Shown piece after piece: positions 26,155 to 35,615 of a DNA stretch of 64,000 nt. The notes below the pieces were generated by a model. It ran no database searches and was not told where the DNA came from. It worked only from the letters and a program-made list of their open reading frames with translations. How positions within the stretch are numbered: position 1 is the stretch's first letter; every line of letters starts with the position of its first letter. The stretch covers positions 30,333-94,332 of the forward strand of contig CAVYQS010000012.1 of assembly GCA_963770765.1 (NCBI GenBank), in the 5' to 3' direction. The position numbers and the translations under genes are program-made. The DNA is from an uncultured Actinomycetes bacterium (GTDB lineage: Bacteria; Actinomycetota; Coriobacteriia; Anaerosomatales; PHET01).

Positions 26155-27540
26155 CTAAGTGTAGCGCTCGACTCTGAAGCGCTCGAAACCACATGGTTCG
26201 CCGGGGCGGATTCCGGCCTTCTGCATCGCGATGCGCACCTGCGCATCGACATCGTCCACGCCCTCCAGATCCGGCAGAAGCAGACCCCGCCGCCATCCGC
26301 TCGACACGATCACGCCGTACTTCGAGGGGTCCAGATCCTCGAGCGTGCAACTCTCGGGCGGACGCAGTACGTCCACCTTCACCTCGAGGTCACCGAGTTC
26401 GTGACGTTCCAACGCCGGAAAGCGCGGATCGTGGAACGCCGCCTCGATCGCGTTGTGCACGACCTCGGTCGCCAGTGTGTCGTGCACGGGCAGGATGGTC
26501 CCGATACAGCCCCGCAACACGCCGCCACGATGCAGGGAGACGAACGCACCTGCACGAGACGGCAGTGACGGGTCTGACAGGACGACATCGTGGGCGGGCG
26601 TGTCGGCTCCCAGTTCGGCCGCTATGGCTCTTCGAGCCAGCGCCACGATCTCGGATTCGTCTCGCCCGGCGAGCCCTCCCTCGAAGCCCGTCTCGTGTCC
26701 AGCCGGGAAACCCATCTCCTGACCTTCGACCGCTGCCCGGCCCACGAGCGCCGTCAGGTACCCCACTCCCCACGGTCCCTCGTACGCCAGCACCTTCGTG
26801 GGGGCCGGGTCTTCGCAGCAGAAGCCGCCGAGCGCTATCAATGAACGCAGCCCACATTCTCCTCCGGCGTCCACCAGATCGGGATCGAGCTCCATCAGGC
26901 CGGAGAGCCGCCCCTGCTCCACCAAACCGACGATCTGGGCGTCCAGTTCGCGGGCACGCGGCGAGTAACCGGCGGGTGCGTCGGTCGTCAACCGGTGACT
27001 GAGATCGCCGCTTGCCACGAAGGCGACTCTCCGGCCCAGGGAATCCGCGATGGTGCGGGTGAGTCTGCCCAGTTCGCGGTGCATCCCGTAGGACAAGTAC
27101 GACAGCGACAGCACGATCAACGGGACGGTACCACTGGGCTCGATGAACGAGAGGGGGACGATCGTCGCATGGTCCAGCCATCCGGGTCGCAGGCGGCCGA
27201 AGTCGAAGCGGGAGATGGCGGGCACGCCCTGCTTCTTCAGCTCGCCGAGAAGTGCGGCGGCCAGCTCCGGATCGCCGGGGTAACGGTAGGTCGTGTGATC
27301 ACCGAACTGCTCGAGGCTGCCCTCGAAGACGTCAGACTCGTCGACGGCGAATGAGTCCGCGCTGCCCGGCGCGTGAGGCGAGATGAGCACGATGGTCTCG
27401 GGGGCGAACGTACCCAACACCTCCCCAACCTGACGCAGTGCGGAGAGGCTTGCGTGCGCGGTTTCTGCCCGCTGCCCACCCACTCCCGGTACGAAGATGG
27501 GCGGGTGTGGCGAGATGACTCCGAACACGGCCGAACCCAT
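26155..27540 (-). CDS. fusion protein: Memo/LigB-superfamily (class III extradiol dioxygenase-like) domain + AMMECR1 domain
   Basis: ATG 27540 after GGAGGGAGG. N-terminal half: ISPHPPIF, VASGDLSHRL, GGECG. C-terminal half: the AMMECR1 core GAFVSLHRGGVLRGCIGT...DPRFP...GLLLP. Confidence 0.8.
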   Translation of the reverse strand: MGSAVFGVISPHPPIFVPGVGGQRAETAHASLSALRQVGEVLGTFAPETIVLISPHAPGSADSFAVDESDVFEGSLEQFGDHTTYRYPGDPELAAALLGELKKQGVPAISRFDFGRLRPGWLDHATIVPLSFIEPSGTVPLIVLSLSYLSYGMHRELGRLTRTIADSLGRRVAFVASGDLSHRLTTDAPAGYSPRARELDAQIVGLVEQGRLSGLMELDPDLVDAGGECGLRSLIALGGFCCEDPAPTKVLAYEGPWGVGYLTALVGRAAVEGQEMGFPAGHETGFEGGLAGRDESEIVALARRAIAAELGADTPAHDVVLSDPSLPSRAGAFVSLHRGGVLRGCIGTILPVHDTLATEVVHNAIEAAFHDPRFPALERHELGDLEVKVDVLRPPESCTLEDLDPSKYGVIVSSGWRRGLLLPDLEGVDDVDAQVRIAMQKAGIRPGEPCGFERFRVERYT

Positions 27541-27582
27541 GACGCGCCTCCCTCCAGAGAACACCCGGCGCGCAAGGAAGTG

Positions 27583-28935
27583 CTATCCGGCGCCGCCCCC
27601 TGCAAGGTTGGTACCCAGCACGCCCGTGAGGAACCACGTCTGAGCATCGACGATGCTCACCGGGAGCACGCGGCCGGCGTAGTCCTTCGCCACAGATCCT
27701 GCCGGTATTGCCACGTGCACGACCTTGTTTCCCGGAGTGCGTCCGGTGAGGACGCGATCGTCTCGTTTGCTCGCGCCCTCGAACAACACCATCTGTTCCG
27801 TTCCCACAAGGGCATGGCTCTTCGCACGTGCCGAGCTGTGAACGAGTTCCACCAGGCGGTCGAAGCGGACCTGCGTCACATCGCGGGGTACCGGATCAGG
27901 CATCGAAGCGGCGGGGGTACCCTCTCGAGGCGAGTAGATGAAGGTGAAGGCTTGATCGAAACGCGCGTGTCTCACGACATCCATCGTCGCCTCGAAGTCC
28001 TGTTCGGTCTCCCCGGGGAAGCCCACGATGATGTCGGTCGACAGAGCAAGATCCGGTATCGCCTGATAGAGGCTGTCCACCAGCTCGAGATAGCTCTCAC
28101 GCGTGTAGACCCGGTTCATCGCCTCGAGGATCCGGTTCGAGCCCGACTGCACCGGAAGGTGCAGATACGGTACGACCGCCGGCTCCTCGGCCATCGCGCT
28201 GATCGTCTCCGGCGAGAGATCTTTGGGGTGGCTCGTCGCGAAGCGGATGCGCCGTACACCAGTGGCGGCTACTGCGCGCAGCGCCTCGGCGAACCGAGGT
28301 GACCCATACAGGTCCCGCCCGTAGCTGTTCACGTTCTGCCCGAGGAGCGTGACCTCGAGCACACCGTCGGTGACGAGCCCCTCCACCTCGGACACGATCT
28401 CATCGAGTGGTCGGCTGCGTTCCTTGCCACGTACGTACGGAACGACGCAGTAGGTGCAGTAGTTGTCGCACCCCACGGTGATCGGAACCCAGGCGTGCCA
28501 CGGATGCTCCCGCTCGGAAGGAAGGTCGCTCGCGAAGTCGAGTCCCTCCTCGTATACCTCTACCTGAGGTAGACGCTGAGAGTATGCGGCCTCTATGAGT
28601 TCCGGAAGGTTCTTGATGTTGTGGGTGCCGAAGACGACGTCCACGTGGGGCAGACGCTCCAGAAGGCGCTCACCATCACGCTGCCCGATGCAACCGCCTA
28701 TCGCGATGACCGGCCCCCTTCCCTTGCCCGTCTTGAGGGCCTTGAGGGAACTCACCTGCCCGCGCAGGCGCTCGTCGGCGTTCTCGCGCACGCAGCACGT
28801 CATGAAGATCACCACGTCCGCATCCTCGACAGCCTCGACCGCAGTGAGCGACATGGTCCGCATCAGGCCGGCGACCCGTTCGGAGTCGTGCTTGTTCATC
28901 TGGCACCCGAAGGTGCGAATCAGGTATGTCTTCAT
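27583..28935 (-). CDS. miaB: tRNA-2-methylthio-N6-dimethylallyladenosine synthase
   Basis: ATG 28935. UPF0004 N-domain YLIRTFGCQMN, radical SAM cluster CDNYCTYCVVP, C-terminal TRAM domain. Confidence 0.92.
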   Translation of the reverse strand: MKTYLIRTFGCQMNKHDSERVAGLMRTMSLTAVEAVEDADVVIFMTCCVRENADERLRGQVSSLKALKTGKGRGPVIAIGGCIGQRDGERLLERLPHVDVVFGTHNIKNLPELIEAAYSQRLPQVEVYEEGLDFASDLPSEREHPWHAWVPITVGCDNYCTYCVVPYVRGKERSRPLDEIVSEVEGLVTDGVLEVTLLGQNVNSYGRDLYGSPRFAEALRAVAATGVRRIRFATSHPKDLSPETISAMAEEPAVVPYLHLPVQSGSNRILEAMNRVYTRESYLELVDSLYQAIPDLALSTDIIVGFPGETEQDFEATMDVVRHARFDQAFTFIYSPREGTPAASMPDPVPRDVTQVRFDRLVELVHSSARAKSHALVGTEQMVLFEGASKRDDRVLTGRTPGNKVVHVAIPAGSVAKDYAGRVLPVSIVDAQTWFLTGVLGTNLAGGGAG

Positions 28936-28975
28936 GGCGCGTGGGAGTGTAGCAGAATGCGGATGCGTTCCCGCC

Positions 28976-29795
28976 CTAGATGCCGCCGGCGGCGAGAAAC
29001 GCCGCGATGTCGGCTTCGGGAATGTCCACGCTGCCAAGTGCGGGATTGGGTGCCGCCGGGCCGTGGTAGTCGCTCCCGCCCGTCGCAAGCAGACCCAGCT
29101 CGGCTGCCAGAGCCGCGTAGCGCGTGCGCTGCTCGGGCGTGTGGTCGGAGTGATAGGCCTCGATGCCGCGAAGTCCGTTCTCCACCAGCCCGGCGATCAG
29201 GGCATCGGCCCGACTGGAACCAGGATGCGCGAGCACCGCGAAACCCCCTGCATCATCGATGCAAGAGATCACGTCCTCGGGGCTCCTCACGTCCTTGGGT
29301 ATGTAGAACGACCCGCTACGACCGATGAGGGTCTGGAACGCCTCAGAGGCGCTCTCAGCGTGTCCTGCGGCTACCAGAGCGCGAGCGATGTGGCTACGAC
29401 CCACCGCACCACCGTTCGAAAGCGACATGACGTCGGCGAGATCGAGCGGGTACCCCGCTTGAGCGAGAGCGGAGACGATCGCCGCCGCTCGGTGTTCACG
29501 CGCGACCCGCAGGTCCGCCAGATGGCCGATGAGGTGCGCGTCGGTCACGTCGATGAAGTACCCCAACACGTGCACATCGCTGCCGTCCGCGCCCACCGCC
29601 GAGAGCTCCACCGCCGGAACGACGGTCACCGCGGTATCGCGTGCGGCGAACAGCGCCTCCTGCGACTCCCTCGACGGAGTCGTGATCCGCGAGAGCGAGT
29701 ACAGAAAGGCCCCCGGCGAGCGCCAGCTCGACAAGGGCCTGAGGCGTGCACGTACCGTCTGACGCCGTCGAGTGCACATGGAGGTCGGCTCTCAT
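28976..29795 (-). pseudogene. PHP-family metal-dependent phosphoesterase, split by an apparent 1-nt insertion near 29655-29668
   Basis: The N-terminal frame MRADLHVHSTASDGTCTPQALVELA...LADHDSVEG then goes off. The +1 frame continues QEALFAARDTAVTVVPAVELS...AHPG...EAYHS...GGSDYHG to 28976. The span is 820 nt. Confidence 0.85.
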
Positions 29796-29808
29796 GAAGA
29801 AGGGGCAC

Positions 29809-30081
29809 CTACCTGTGCATGTCCCGCGGCTCGACAAGAAGCCTGATGGCGGTGCGCTCCTCGCCGTTGATGAGGATGTCGGCGAACGCCGGAACGCAGG
29901 TGAGCTCCATGCCCGAAGGGGCGATGAACCCGCGGGCGATCGCGATCGCCTTGACCGCCTGATTGAGTGCGCCGGCCCCGACCGTCTGGATCTCGACAGC
30001 GCCTTGCTCGCGAACGATACCCGCGAGGGCCCCGGCGACGGAGTTGGGGTTGGACTTGCTCGACACCTTCAGGACTTCCAC
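29809..30081 (-). CDS. spoVS: SpoVS-family protein
   Basis: GTG 30081 after GGGAGGGA gives 90 aa: VEVLKVSSKSNPNSVAGALAGIVREQGAVEIQTVGAGALNQAVKAIAIARGF. This is near-identical in pattern to stage V sporulation protein S. Confidence 0.88.
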   Translation of the reverse strand: MEVLKVSSKSNPNSVAGALAGIVREQGAVEIQTVGAGALNQAVKAIAIARGFIAPSGMELTCVPAFADILINGEERTAIRLLVEPRDMHR

Positions 30082-30210
30082 GGTCCCTCCCTGGCATGTT
30101 CTCTGGTTCGAGCCGCTCACTACGCGGCTGTCTGCGTCTGCTGGTGTAATCGGTGCGACATCTTGAGTGCATGAGTGTTTCGCGAGTATAGCGCGCAAAT
30201 GGGCTAGTCG

Positions 30211-31290
30211 TCAGTCCTCTTTGTCGACCTCGAAGCGCACCCGGATATCGTCCTTGCCGACAGTGATCTTGGGCTCGCACCTCAGGTGAAGGTAGTAGCG
30301 CTCGGCTATCGCGTCGAAAGCGTGTTCGAGCTCGGTACGAAACGAAGCGAGGTCGCTGTGGTGGATCTTGAGCCCGCGCCGATCCCGGTAGATGTCGGGC
30401 TCAGAGTGCGACGCAGGACCTTCGGCCCCCTTCGACACCACGGAGCACACCGATCGCAAAGGAGCGATGTCACCGCCCAACACGCGGTGCGCGGTACGCT
30501 CAGAGACGGTCAGCCCGAGCTGTTCGGCGGTGTCCGCGAGCTCTCCCGCGTCCGCCGCAGCGCCGGGCCGCTGCCAGACCGACAGCCGAGACACGTTCTC
30601 GCAGAACAACAGCTCGGATTCGTCCAGCTCGAACCGCGCGAGTAGCACAAGCGTCGCCAGGACTTCGCTCGGCGAGCCGATGAACACGTCGATACCGGGG
30701 TGCTCGACCGCGAACTCGACGGTCCTGCGTACGATGTTGTGAGGCCCGCGGGCCACTCGGAGCACGCCGTCGTCGTCACGCTCGACCGCCGGCCACGACG
30801 ACTGGTCGGCCTTCTCGGTGAGTACCTGCGTATCGGATGTCACGACGATCGAGGCGCCCTTGTGTGAGCCTGATACCGCGACCCTCGCCTCGGCGGTGTT
30901 GCTCTTGATGGAGAACAGGGCCATACCGCGTCCGTGTACTCCCCAGCGGTCCATCACCATCGTCTCGAGCTTGCTCGTCACACGGGGCTCGAAGATGCGC
31001 TCAGCCATGCCCTCGGGTACACCTACCCCGTCGTCGATGACCGTGAGTGACCGGTGATCGCCCTCCCTGGTCGTGGCGAGGAAGATGCGCTGGGCATGAG
31101 CGTCGCGCGCATTGCGGAGAAGTTCGACGACGACGTCTTCGACGCCGCGGATGTCGTGCTTCGCCTGACGCCGCTCCGCCTCTGAGACCTTCAGCCGGAC
31201 GTAGCCGTCACCGAGGTTCTCTTCGACCTTGAGGTAGGCGTCGCCGGATACCGACGTCACGAAGTTGAGGAGATCACTGTTCTCAGACAT
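30211..31290 (-). CDS. orphan GHKL (HATPase_c) ATP-binding protein with an unknown C-terminal half
   Basis: N box VELLRNARDAH, G1 IDDGVGV, G2 GVHGRGMAL. No DHp/His-phosphotransfer, receiver, or sensor domain seen. 359 aa. Confidence 0.75.
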   Translation of the reverse strand: MSENSDLLNFVTSVSGDAYLKVEENLGDGYVRLKVSEAERRQAKHDIRGVEDVVVELLRNARDAHAQRIFLATTREGDHRSLTVIDDGVGVPEGMAERIFEPRVTSKLETMVMDRWGVHGRGMALFSIKSNTAEARVAVSGSHKGASIVVTSDTQVLTEKADQSSWPAVERDDDGVLRVARGPHNIVRRTVEFAVEHPGIDVFIGSPSEVLATLVLLARFELDESELLFCENVSRLSVWQRPGAAADAGELADTAEQLGLTVSERTAHRVLGGDIAPLRSVCSVVSKGAEGPASHSEPDIYRDRRGLKIHHSDLASFRTELEHAFDAIAERYYLHLRCEPKITVGKDDIRVRFEVDKED

Positions 31291-31345
31291 GCGTCACAGG
31301 ATACAGGCTGCTCCGACGTCTGGGGAGCGCGCAGGCCCGCAAACA

Positions 31346-31837
31346 TCACCGACCGCGGGTGTTGATCCGCTTCTCGAGCCAGATGAGCGCCACGGGCCCG
31401 TCCTCCTCACGTCTGATGACCCGATAGCCGAGCTTCGCGTAGAGCGCACGCGAGGCCGCTGCATCGGCACCGGTGAACAGCTCGAAAGACGCGACCTCCG
31501 AATAGCACGCCTCGAGCGCCTGCATGAGCGCTGTCGCAACACCACGGCGAAGCCATCCGTCATCAACCACCAGTCGCCCCACATGGATCACACCATCTGT
31601 CTGATGCGCCCGGACGGCGCCGACCACCTCGCCCCTTGCGTCGACAGCGACGAGGAAGCGTGCACCTTGGCTGTGAAGCGCGTGCAGGTCGTCGAGTGTC
31701 TCGTGCATGGGCGGCAGAACGTCAGGCATGATTCCGTAGTCGCGGGCGACTCGCGCGAACGCGCGATGCTGAACCGCCAGAACCGATTCAAGATCGGAAC
31801 GGTCGGCCGTGCGAATCGCGATCTGCGTCATGTCCAT
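31346..31837 (-). CDS. GNAT family N-acetyltransferase
   Basis: 163 aa. Acetyl-CoA motif VVDDGWLRRGVATALM and C-terminal ALYAKLGY. Confidence 0.8.
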   Translation of the reverse strand: MDMTQIAIRTADRSDLESVLAVQHRAFARVARDYGIMPDVLPPMHETLDDLHALHSQGARFLVAVDARGEVVGAVRAHQTDGVIHVGRLVVDDGWLRRGVATALMQALEACYSEVASFELFTGADAAASRALYAKLGYRVIRREEDGPVALIWLEKRINTRGR

Positions 31838-31906
31838 CGGTTGATCAGCCCCGAGAACAAGAAGGCCCCGACCGGCGAGCGGTCGGGGCCTTCAAGGGTT
31901 CGCCGT

Positions 31907-33442
31907 CTACTTCGCGTAGTCTACCGCGCGGCTCTCACGGATGACCATGACCTTGACCTGTCCCGGATACTCGAGCTCGTCTTCGATCTGCTTGGCGATA
32001 TCGCGCGCCAACACGACGGAGTCCGAATCGCTGATCTGGTCGGGCTTCACCATGACGCGGATCTCGCGCCCGGCCTGCATCGCATACGTGCGCTCCACAC
32101 CCTTGTGGGAGTTGGCGACGGCCTCAAGCTTCTCGAGGCGCTTTATGTAGCTTTCGAGCGTCTCTCGGCGAGCGCCGGGCCGAGCGGCCGAGATGGCGTC
32201 GGCAGCCTGAACCAGCACGGCCTCGATCGTCGTGGGCTCGACGTCGGCATGATGGGCCTCGATGGCGTGGACGATCGCCTTGGGCTCGTTCATCCTGCGC
32301 GCGAGGTCCGCGCCGATGACAGCGTGCGGACCCTCGATCTCATGATCGATCGCCTTGCCGAGGTCGTGAAGCAGACCGGCGCGCTTCGCGAGCGTGGCGT
32401 CCACGCCGAGCTCGTTCGCCATGACGCCCGCCAGCCACGAAACCTCAAGCGAGTGCTTCAACACGTTCTGACCGTAAGAAGTACGGAACTTCAGGCGGCC
32501 AAGCGTCCGGATGAGCTCCGGGTGAAGGTTGTGCACGCCCGAATCGAACGCGGCCTGCTCTCCGGCCTCGTGGATCTGCTGGCTCACAAGCTGCTCGGCC
32601 TTGTTGAACATCTCTTCGATGCGAGCAGGATGGATACGGCCGTCGGCGATGAGTGTCTCGAGGGTGATCCGGCCGATCTCTCGACGAACCGGGTCGAAGC
32701 TCGAAAGGACCACCGCCTCGGGAGTGTCGTCGATGATCAGATTGATGCCGGTCATCTGCTCGAAGGCCCGGATGTTGCGGCCTTCTCGGCCGATGATACG
32801 GCCCTTCATGTCGTCGCTGGGGATGTGAACCACCGAGACGGTCGACTCGGCGGTGTGGTCTGCTGCGACGCGCTGGATGGCGATGCCGACGATGTTGCGT
32901 GCCTTCTTGTCGGCCTCTTCACGGGCCCGGGTCTCGGCCTCTCGTATGAACGTGGCAGCTTCGCGCTTCACGTCTTCTTGGATGCGACCCATGAGTTCGT
33001 TGCGCGCCTCGTCGGCGGTCATGCCTGCGACCGCCTCGAGCCGCTGGCGCTCGGTCTCGATCATCTGCTCGAGATCCTGTTCACGCTTCTGGATCTGGCC
33101 CTGCGTGGAGGACAGCTGGTGCTCGCGCTTGTCGAGTGACTCCGCGCGTCGGTCGATGGACGCTTCGCGCTCGGAAAGACGCGTCTCCAGCGCCTGAATC
33201 TCTTTGCGGCGCTCCTTGGACTCGGCGTCTTCTTCCTGCTTCTGACGGAAGATCTCGCCCTTCGCCTCGAGCAGTGCTTCCTTCTTCATCGTCTCGGCCT
33301 GCTTGGCCGCATCGCGAACGAGGCGTTCAGCCTCTTCGGTCGCGCGAACAGCGCGGTCCTTGATCACGTAGCGGTTGATCGCATAGCCGAGGGCGATGCC
33401 GACGACGAGTCCGATGAGTAGAGCAACGATTGTCGCGGTCAT
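31907..33442 (-). CDS. rny: ribonuclease Y
   Basis: ATG 33442 after AAAGGAGGG. N-terminal TM helix, coiled coil, KH domain [17 protein letters not shown] domain HSLEV...LLHDLGK. Confidence 0.93.
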   Translation of the reverse strand: MTATIVALLIGLVVGIALGYAINRYVIKDRAVRATEEAERLVRDAAKQAETMKKEALLEAKGEIFRQKQEEDAESKERRKEIQALETRLSEREASIDRRAESLDKREHQLSSTQGQIQKREQDLEQMIETERQRLEAVAGMTADEARNELMGRIQEDVKREAATFIREAETRAREEADKKARNIVGIAIQRVAADHTAESTVSVVHIPSDDMKGRIIGREGRNIRAFEQMTGINLIIDDTPEAVVLSSFDPVRREIGRITLETLIADGRIHPARIEEMFNKAEQLVSQQIHEAGEQAAFDSGVHNLHPELIRTLGRLKFRTSYGQNVLKHSLEVSWLAGVMANELGVDATLAKRAGLLHDLGKAIDHEIEGPHAVIGADLARRMNEPKAIVHAIEAHHADVEPTTIEAVLVQAADAISAARPGARRETLESYIKRLEKLEAVANSHKGVERTYAMQAGREIRVMVKPDQISDSDSVVLARDIAKQIEDELEYPGQVKVMVIRESRAVDYAK

Positions 33443-33693
33443 GCGCCCTCCTTTCGGTGTGTGCGTGCGTGTCAGCTCATCAGGAGAGCACGCGCCGAGG
33501 AGGCCTGGACCGCAGGTCCCGAGTGTACGCGCGCCCGGCACCAGAGGTGTTCACAATGGGACCAACGGGGGTCCAGATACGCTGAATGAGGGCGTGTACG
33601 CCCCGAATCTGCGCAGGTATTCCCGTTGCGTGCCCACAAAGTCGCCGACCGGAATGGAGTCCCGCCGGTGAGAAGTCTCTGATGCCGCCTACG

Positions 33694-33725
33694 ATAGTAC
33701 CCTTGACCTGCGGCGAAGGTCAAGG
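33694..33725 (-). promoter_or_regulatory. sigma70-like promoter for rny (TTGACC-18 nt-TACTAT), coincident with a perfect hairpin that could instead terminate recA-recX
   Basis: Minus strand reads cTTGACCttcgccgcaggtcaagggTACTATcg. The same bases form CCTTGACC-9 nt-GGTCAAGG, 34 nt after the recX stop. Confidence 0.5.
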
Positions 33726-33758
33726 AACGTCAGGGCGTGCCCAGAGCGCCGAACGGTG

Positions 33759-34406
33759 CTAATCCGGGATGAGCGGCTCGTCGTCTTCGTGATCGGCCGA
33801 CACCCTATCGACGGCTTCCCGGGCGACACTGAAGTCGAAGCCCCGTGCAACGAGCCGTCGCATGAGGCGGTCGCGCTCCTTACGGTCGGCGCCGACTCTG
33901 CCGCGCAGCTGGCTGATGGCACGTTCGACATCCCCTGCAGCCAAGGGGGCGACGGCGGTCTCGATCACCGGGGGGCTGACACCGCGGTCGGAAAGCTCGC
34001 GTTGGATGCGTCGTGTGCCGATTCCCGCGGCAGCCCTGCTCGCGGCCCACAGGGACGCGAAACGGGACTCGTCCACGAGCTCGAGCTCTGTGAAGCGGTC
34101 GACGATCTTCGCGACGACATGCACGGGGTACCCGTCGCGGACGAGCCGTACTCTCAGCTCATCTGGGGAACGCTCACGGTACGCGAGGAGCCGAAGGGCG
34201 CGCTCCCGCGCCTGGAGCACCTCCTCTGAGGCGAGATTCGCCTCGAGCTCCGCTGCAGGGAAGCTCATTCCCTGCTGAAGCGCCAATGACTTGACGACCG
34301 CATGAGCCGTGGTCCGAGAGGCGTCGCCTTCCGAGAAGACAAGTCGCCGAGCCCGACGATCGGGCCCGGCGACCTCAATTGCCTCGATAGTGACCTGCGG
34401 GGCCAT
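33759..34406 (-). CDS. recX: recombination regulator RecX
   Basis: Three-repeat helical protein with ALRLLAYRERSPDELRVRL and RIQRELSDRGV, directly downstream of recA. Confidence 0.88.
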   Translation of the reverse strand: MAPQVTIEAIEVAGPDRRARRLVFSEGDASRTTAHAVVKSLALQQGMSFPAAELEANLASEEVLQARERALRLLAYRERSPDELRVRLVRDGYPVHVVAKIVDRFTELELVDESRFASLWAASRAAAGIGTRRIQRELSDRGVSPPVIETAVAPLAAGDVERAISQLRGRVGADRKERDRLMRRLVARGFDFSVAREAVDRVSADHEDDEPLIPD

Positions 34407-34415
34407 CGAGTGGTC

Positions 34416-35468
34416 CTAGTCGGCCGCGAGCACGACCGGGACATCGGCCTCCGGGGCCATGGTGTAGCCGTCGCGCTTCGGGAGTCCGAGGGACTCTCGC
34501 ACCTGAGCCTCGATGCGATCGCGCAGGTCGGGGTTCTCTCGCAAGAAGTCCTTCGCTGCCTCGCGGCCTTGGCCGAGACGCTCCTCGCCGCAGGTGTACC
34601 AGGCACCGGACTTGGCGACGATGCCCTCTTCGACGCCAAGATCCAGGACCGAACCCTCCTTGCTGATACCCGTGCCGAACATCAGGTCGAACTCCGCCAT
34701 CCTGAAGGGCGGCGCGACCTTGTTCTTCACTACCTTCGCACGTACGCGGTTGCCGACGATGTCTGTGCCTTGTTTGATCGAATCGATGCGGCGAACGTCG
34801 ATCCGCACACTGGAGAAGAACTTCAGAGCGCGACCACCGGTGGTCGTCTCGGGGCTGCCGAACATCACACCGATCTTTTCGCGAAGCTGATTGATGAAGA
34901 TGCATGTCGTGTCGGACTTGCTGAGCGACCCGGCCAACTTACGCATGGCCTGGCTCATCAGCCTGGCCTGCAGACCGACGGACGCATCACCCATCTCCCC
35001 CTCGATCTCCGCCCGCGGAACCAGTGCTGCGACGGAGTCGATGACGACGACATCCACGGCACCGCTTCTCACGAGCATGTCGCATATCTCAAGTCCCTGC
35101 TCACCGGTATCGGGTTGGCTGATGAGGATCTCGTCGATGTCGACGCCGAGTCGTGAGGCGTACGAAGGATCGAGCGCGTGTTCGGCGTCGATGAAGGCGG
35201 CAACGCCCCCAGCGGCCTGGGCCTCCGCGACTATCTGCAAAGCCAAGGTCGTCTTGCCGCTCGACTCCGGACCGAAGATCTCCACGATCCTGCCTCGAGG
35301 CACGCCACCGATCCCCAGCGCCGCATCGAGGGCGAGCGAGCCGGTCGGAATCGCAGCCATGACATCAGATGCCGCATGCTCGCCAAGCTTCATAAGCGAG
35401 CCCTTGCCGAACTTCTTCTCGATCTGCTCTTTCGTGACTTCGAGTATCTTTTCTTTGTCTCGCTCCAT
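34416..35468 (-). CDS. recA: recombinase RecA
   Basis: Walker [21 protein letters not shown]2 region [22 protein letters not shown]. Confidence 0.97.
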   Translation of the reverse strand: MERDKEKILEVTKEQIEKKFGKGSLMKLGEHAASDVMAAIPTGSLALDAALGIGGVPRGRIVEIFGPESSGKTTLALQIVAEAQAAGGVAAFIDAEHALDPSYASRLGVDIDEILISQPDTGEQGLEICDMLVRSGAVDVVVIDSVAALVPRAEIEGEMGDASVGLQARLMSQAMRKLAGSLSKSDTTCIFINQLREKIGVMFGSPETTTGGRALKFFSSVRIDVRRIDSIKQGTDIVGNRVRAKVVKNKVAPPFRMAEFDLMFGTGISKEGSVLDLGVEEGIVAKSGAWYTCGEERLGQGREAAKDFLRENPDLRDRIEAQVRESLGLPKRDGYTMAPEADVPVVLAAD

Positions 35469-35521
35469 GCCTCACTCGCTCCTATCTCGGGACGCGGGAG
35501 ACCCCCTCGGGGCTGGTCCCG

Positions 35522-35550
35522 ACCCTACACGAACATGTGTTCGATGTCAA
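35522..35550 (-). promoter_or_regulatory. recA promoter with embedded LexA box
   Basis: Minus strand reads TTGACA-tcgaacacatgttcgtg-TAGGGT. The 17-nt spacer holds the SOS box TCGAAC-ACAT-GTTCGT (plus-strand 35529..35544). Confidence 0.85.
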
Positions 35551-35615
35551 CGGCGTGTCCGGTCCGCACGGCCGGTGACGCCGCGAGCCCAGAGTGCCAC
35601 CGCGTCACGTCGCGG

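Noticed and set aside
29809-30198. Long 129-aa version of the spoVS ORF
   Set aside because: SpoVS homology begins at GTG 30081, which has a GGGAGGGA RBS. The upstream 39 codons have no support.
31265-33139. 624-aa plus-strand ORF
   Set aside because: It is antisense to rny, whose minus-strand product has clear TM/KH/HD motifs. The plus-strand product is Arg/Leu/Asp-rich with no motif. This is the typical long spurious ORF of GC-rich DNA.
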